The notes under the pieces are model-generated. The model was not told the DNA's origin. It did not search any database and worked only from the letters and a program-made list of their open reading frames with translations. Shown here piece after piece: positions 62,946 through 64,000 of a stretch of 64,000 nt of DNA; position 1 is the first letter of the stretch; each line of letters starts with the position of its first letter. Origin of the DNA: Betaproteobacteria bacterium (GTDB lineage: Bacteria > Pseudomonadota > Gammaproteobacteria > Burkholderiales > Rhodocyclaceae); NCBI GenBank assembly GCA_016720065.1, contig JADJXY010000002.1, positions 2,520,316 to 2,584,315 of the forward strand, given 5' to 3'. Position numbers and translations under genes: made by a program.

Positions 62946-63065
62946 GGGTTCAGTTATGTTTGGCAAGCCCCGCATCCCCGCTCGCTTTGTCGCTCACCCT
63001 CGCCATGGTTTCGGCTATGGCTGCGGTGCGCGTCTGGCCAGGCGAGCGCATCCCCCGCTTCCCTA
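62946..63065. repeat. REP-like dispersed hairpin repeat, copy 3
   Basis: gggttcagttatgtttggcaagccccgcatccccgctcgc...ctcgccatggtttcggctatggctgcggtgcgc; same core and hairpin as copy 1 (2441-2580). Confidence 0.5.
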
Positions 63066-63530
63066 TTGTTCCGCAAGCTGCGGTGCAGGCGGCTAGTGCC
63101 CACCGTGCTGGCTTTCGATTTTGGGGAGAAGCGCATCGGCGTCGCGGTGGGGGAGACTCTCCTGGCCCAGGCCCATCCCCTTACCGTGATCGCGACGGGC
63201 GACCGGGAGCGGCGCTGGCAGGCCATTGCAGCCCTGGTGGCCGAGTGGCAGCCCGTCCGTCTGGTGGTCGGCCTGCCCACTCACGTCGACGGCACGGCCC
63301 ACGCCATGACCGAGAGGTGCCGCCGCTTTGGCGACAGCCTGCGCCGACGCCATGCCCTGCCGGTGGATTTCGCCGACGAGCGCCTGTCTTCTTTGGACGC
63401 GCAATCGCGCCTGCGGGAGACGGGACGCAACGCCCGGTCCGCCAAGGGCGTGCTCGACGCCGTCGCCGCCCAATTGATTCTGCAAACCTGGTTCGAGTGC
63501 CACGCCAATGATCTCTCTTCCCCTGCCTGA
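63066..63530 (+). CDS. ruvX: Putative pre-16S rRNA nuclease / Holliday-junction resolvase-like YqgF (RuvX)
   Basis: VLAFDFGEKRIGVAVG motif and RNase H-like fold; annotated ATG 63066 lies inside the REP-like repeat, so the true start may be GTG ~63097. Confidence 0.8.
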   Translation: MFRKLRCRRLVPTVLAFDFGEKRIGVAVGETLLAQAHPLTVIATGDRERRWQAIAALVAEWQPVRLVVGLPTHVDGTAHAMTERCRRFGDSLRRRHALPVDFADERLSSLDAQSRLRETGRNARSAKGVLDAVAAQLILQTWFECHANDLSSPA

Positions 63531-64000
63531 CGCCGAGGCCCAATGCCGCCTCCTGGCCGAGGCCCTGCGCCCGCGCCTGGCCTGCAATCCCGCCCTGGTG
63601 GGCATCCACAGTGGCGGCGCCTGGATCGCCGAGAGGCTGCGGGAAATCCTGGGCATCGGCGAGGGCATCGGCCTCATCGACGTCTCTTTCTACCGCGACG
63701 ATTTTGCCGCCAAGGGGCTCCATCCGCAGGTGCGTCCGACGGACATCCCCTTCGACGTTGAGAATCGCCACCTCATCCTGGTGGACGACGTGCTCTACAC
63801 CGGCCGCACCACCCGGGCCGCCCTCAACGAGTTGTTCGACTACGGCCGCCCGGCCTCGGTGGAACTCGCCGTCCTGGCCGACCGGGGCGAGCGGGAACTG
63901 CCCATCGCCCCCACCTACTGCCCCTGGACCCTCAGCCTGGCCGCCGGAGAAAGCCTCACCCTGGCCCAGGACGATACCGGCCGCCTCTTCTGGAGGCTGG
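63509..64000 (+). CDS. pyrR: Bifunctional pyrimidine operon regulator/uracil phosphoribosyltransferase PyrR, 3'-truncated by window edge
   Basis: MISLPLPDAEAQCR...; PRTase motif LILVDDVLYTGRTTRAAL; overlaps the ruvX end by 22 nt; runs off the window. Confidence 0.85.

Overview
The window is a high-GC (~65%) chromosomal segment with betaproteobacterial (Rhodocyclales-like) gene content and order. Most of it is housekeeping: ctaB/ctaA heme O/A synthesis, mpl, aroQ-accB-accC-prmA, olsB/olsA-like, apaH, glmS, LPS core genes waaC/waaA, tolC-pcm, a TPP riboswitch with thiC, thiD-thiE-hemL-sugE, aroE, mtgA, mgtE, a complete Pil-Chp cluster (pilG/H/I/J-chpA), photolyase and yqgE-ruvX-pyrR.

The most unusual content is an expanded RtcR-centred RNA-repair locus (27.8-36.8 kb). 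The sigma54 activator RtcR, which carries a CARF domain, sits divergent to an operon of: a tRNA-Thr(UGU)-like element with a defective acceptor stem, an SPFH/slipin protein, a basic Cys-rich zinc-ribbon protein, RtcB, a predicted nucleotidyltransferase, and RtcA. A SEC-C-motif protein is start/stop coupled to rtcR.

Other notable structure:
- a ~130-bp tandem repeat that re-encodes the last 13 codons of glmS with synonymous variants in front of apaH;
- an accC leader uORF that mimics the AccC N-terminus, with a 16/17-nt inverted repeat bracketing the accC RBS and GTG start;
- a 260-bp insertion carrying a 110-nt poly-G tract, flanked by a 27-bp duplication of the aroE start (probably an assembly artifact);
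- a dispersed REP-like hairpin repeat family with three copies;
- a tandem repeat at the thiD-thiE junction;
- a low-GC islet of orphan genes next to the rtc locus;
- a RelE/ParE-like toxin remnant;
- an alpha-carbonic anhydrase with a long N-terminal extension.

No CRISPR array, transposase or integrase genes were found.
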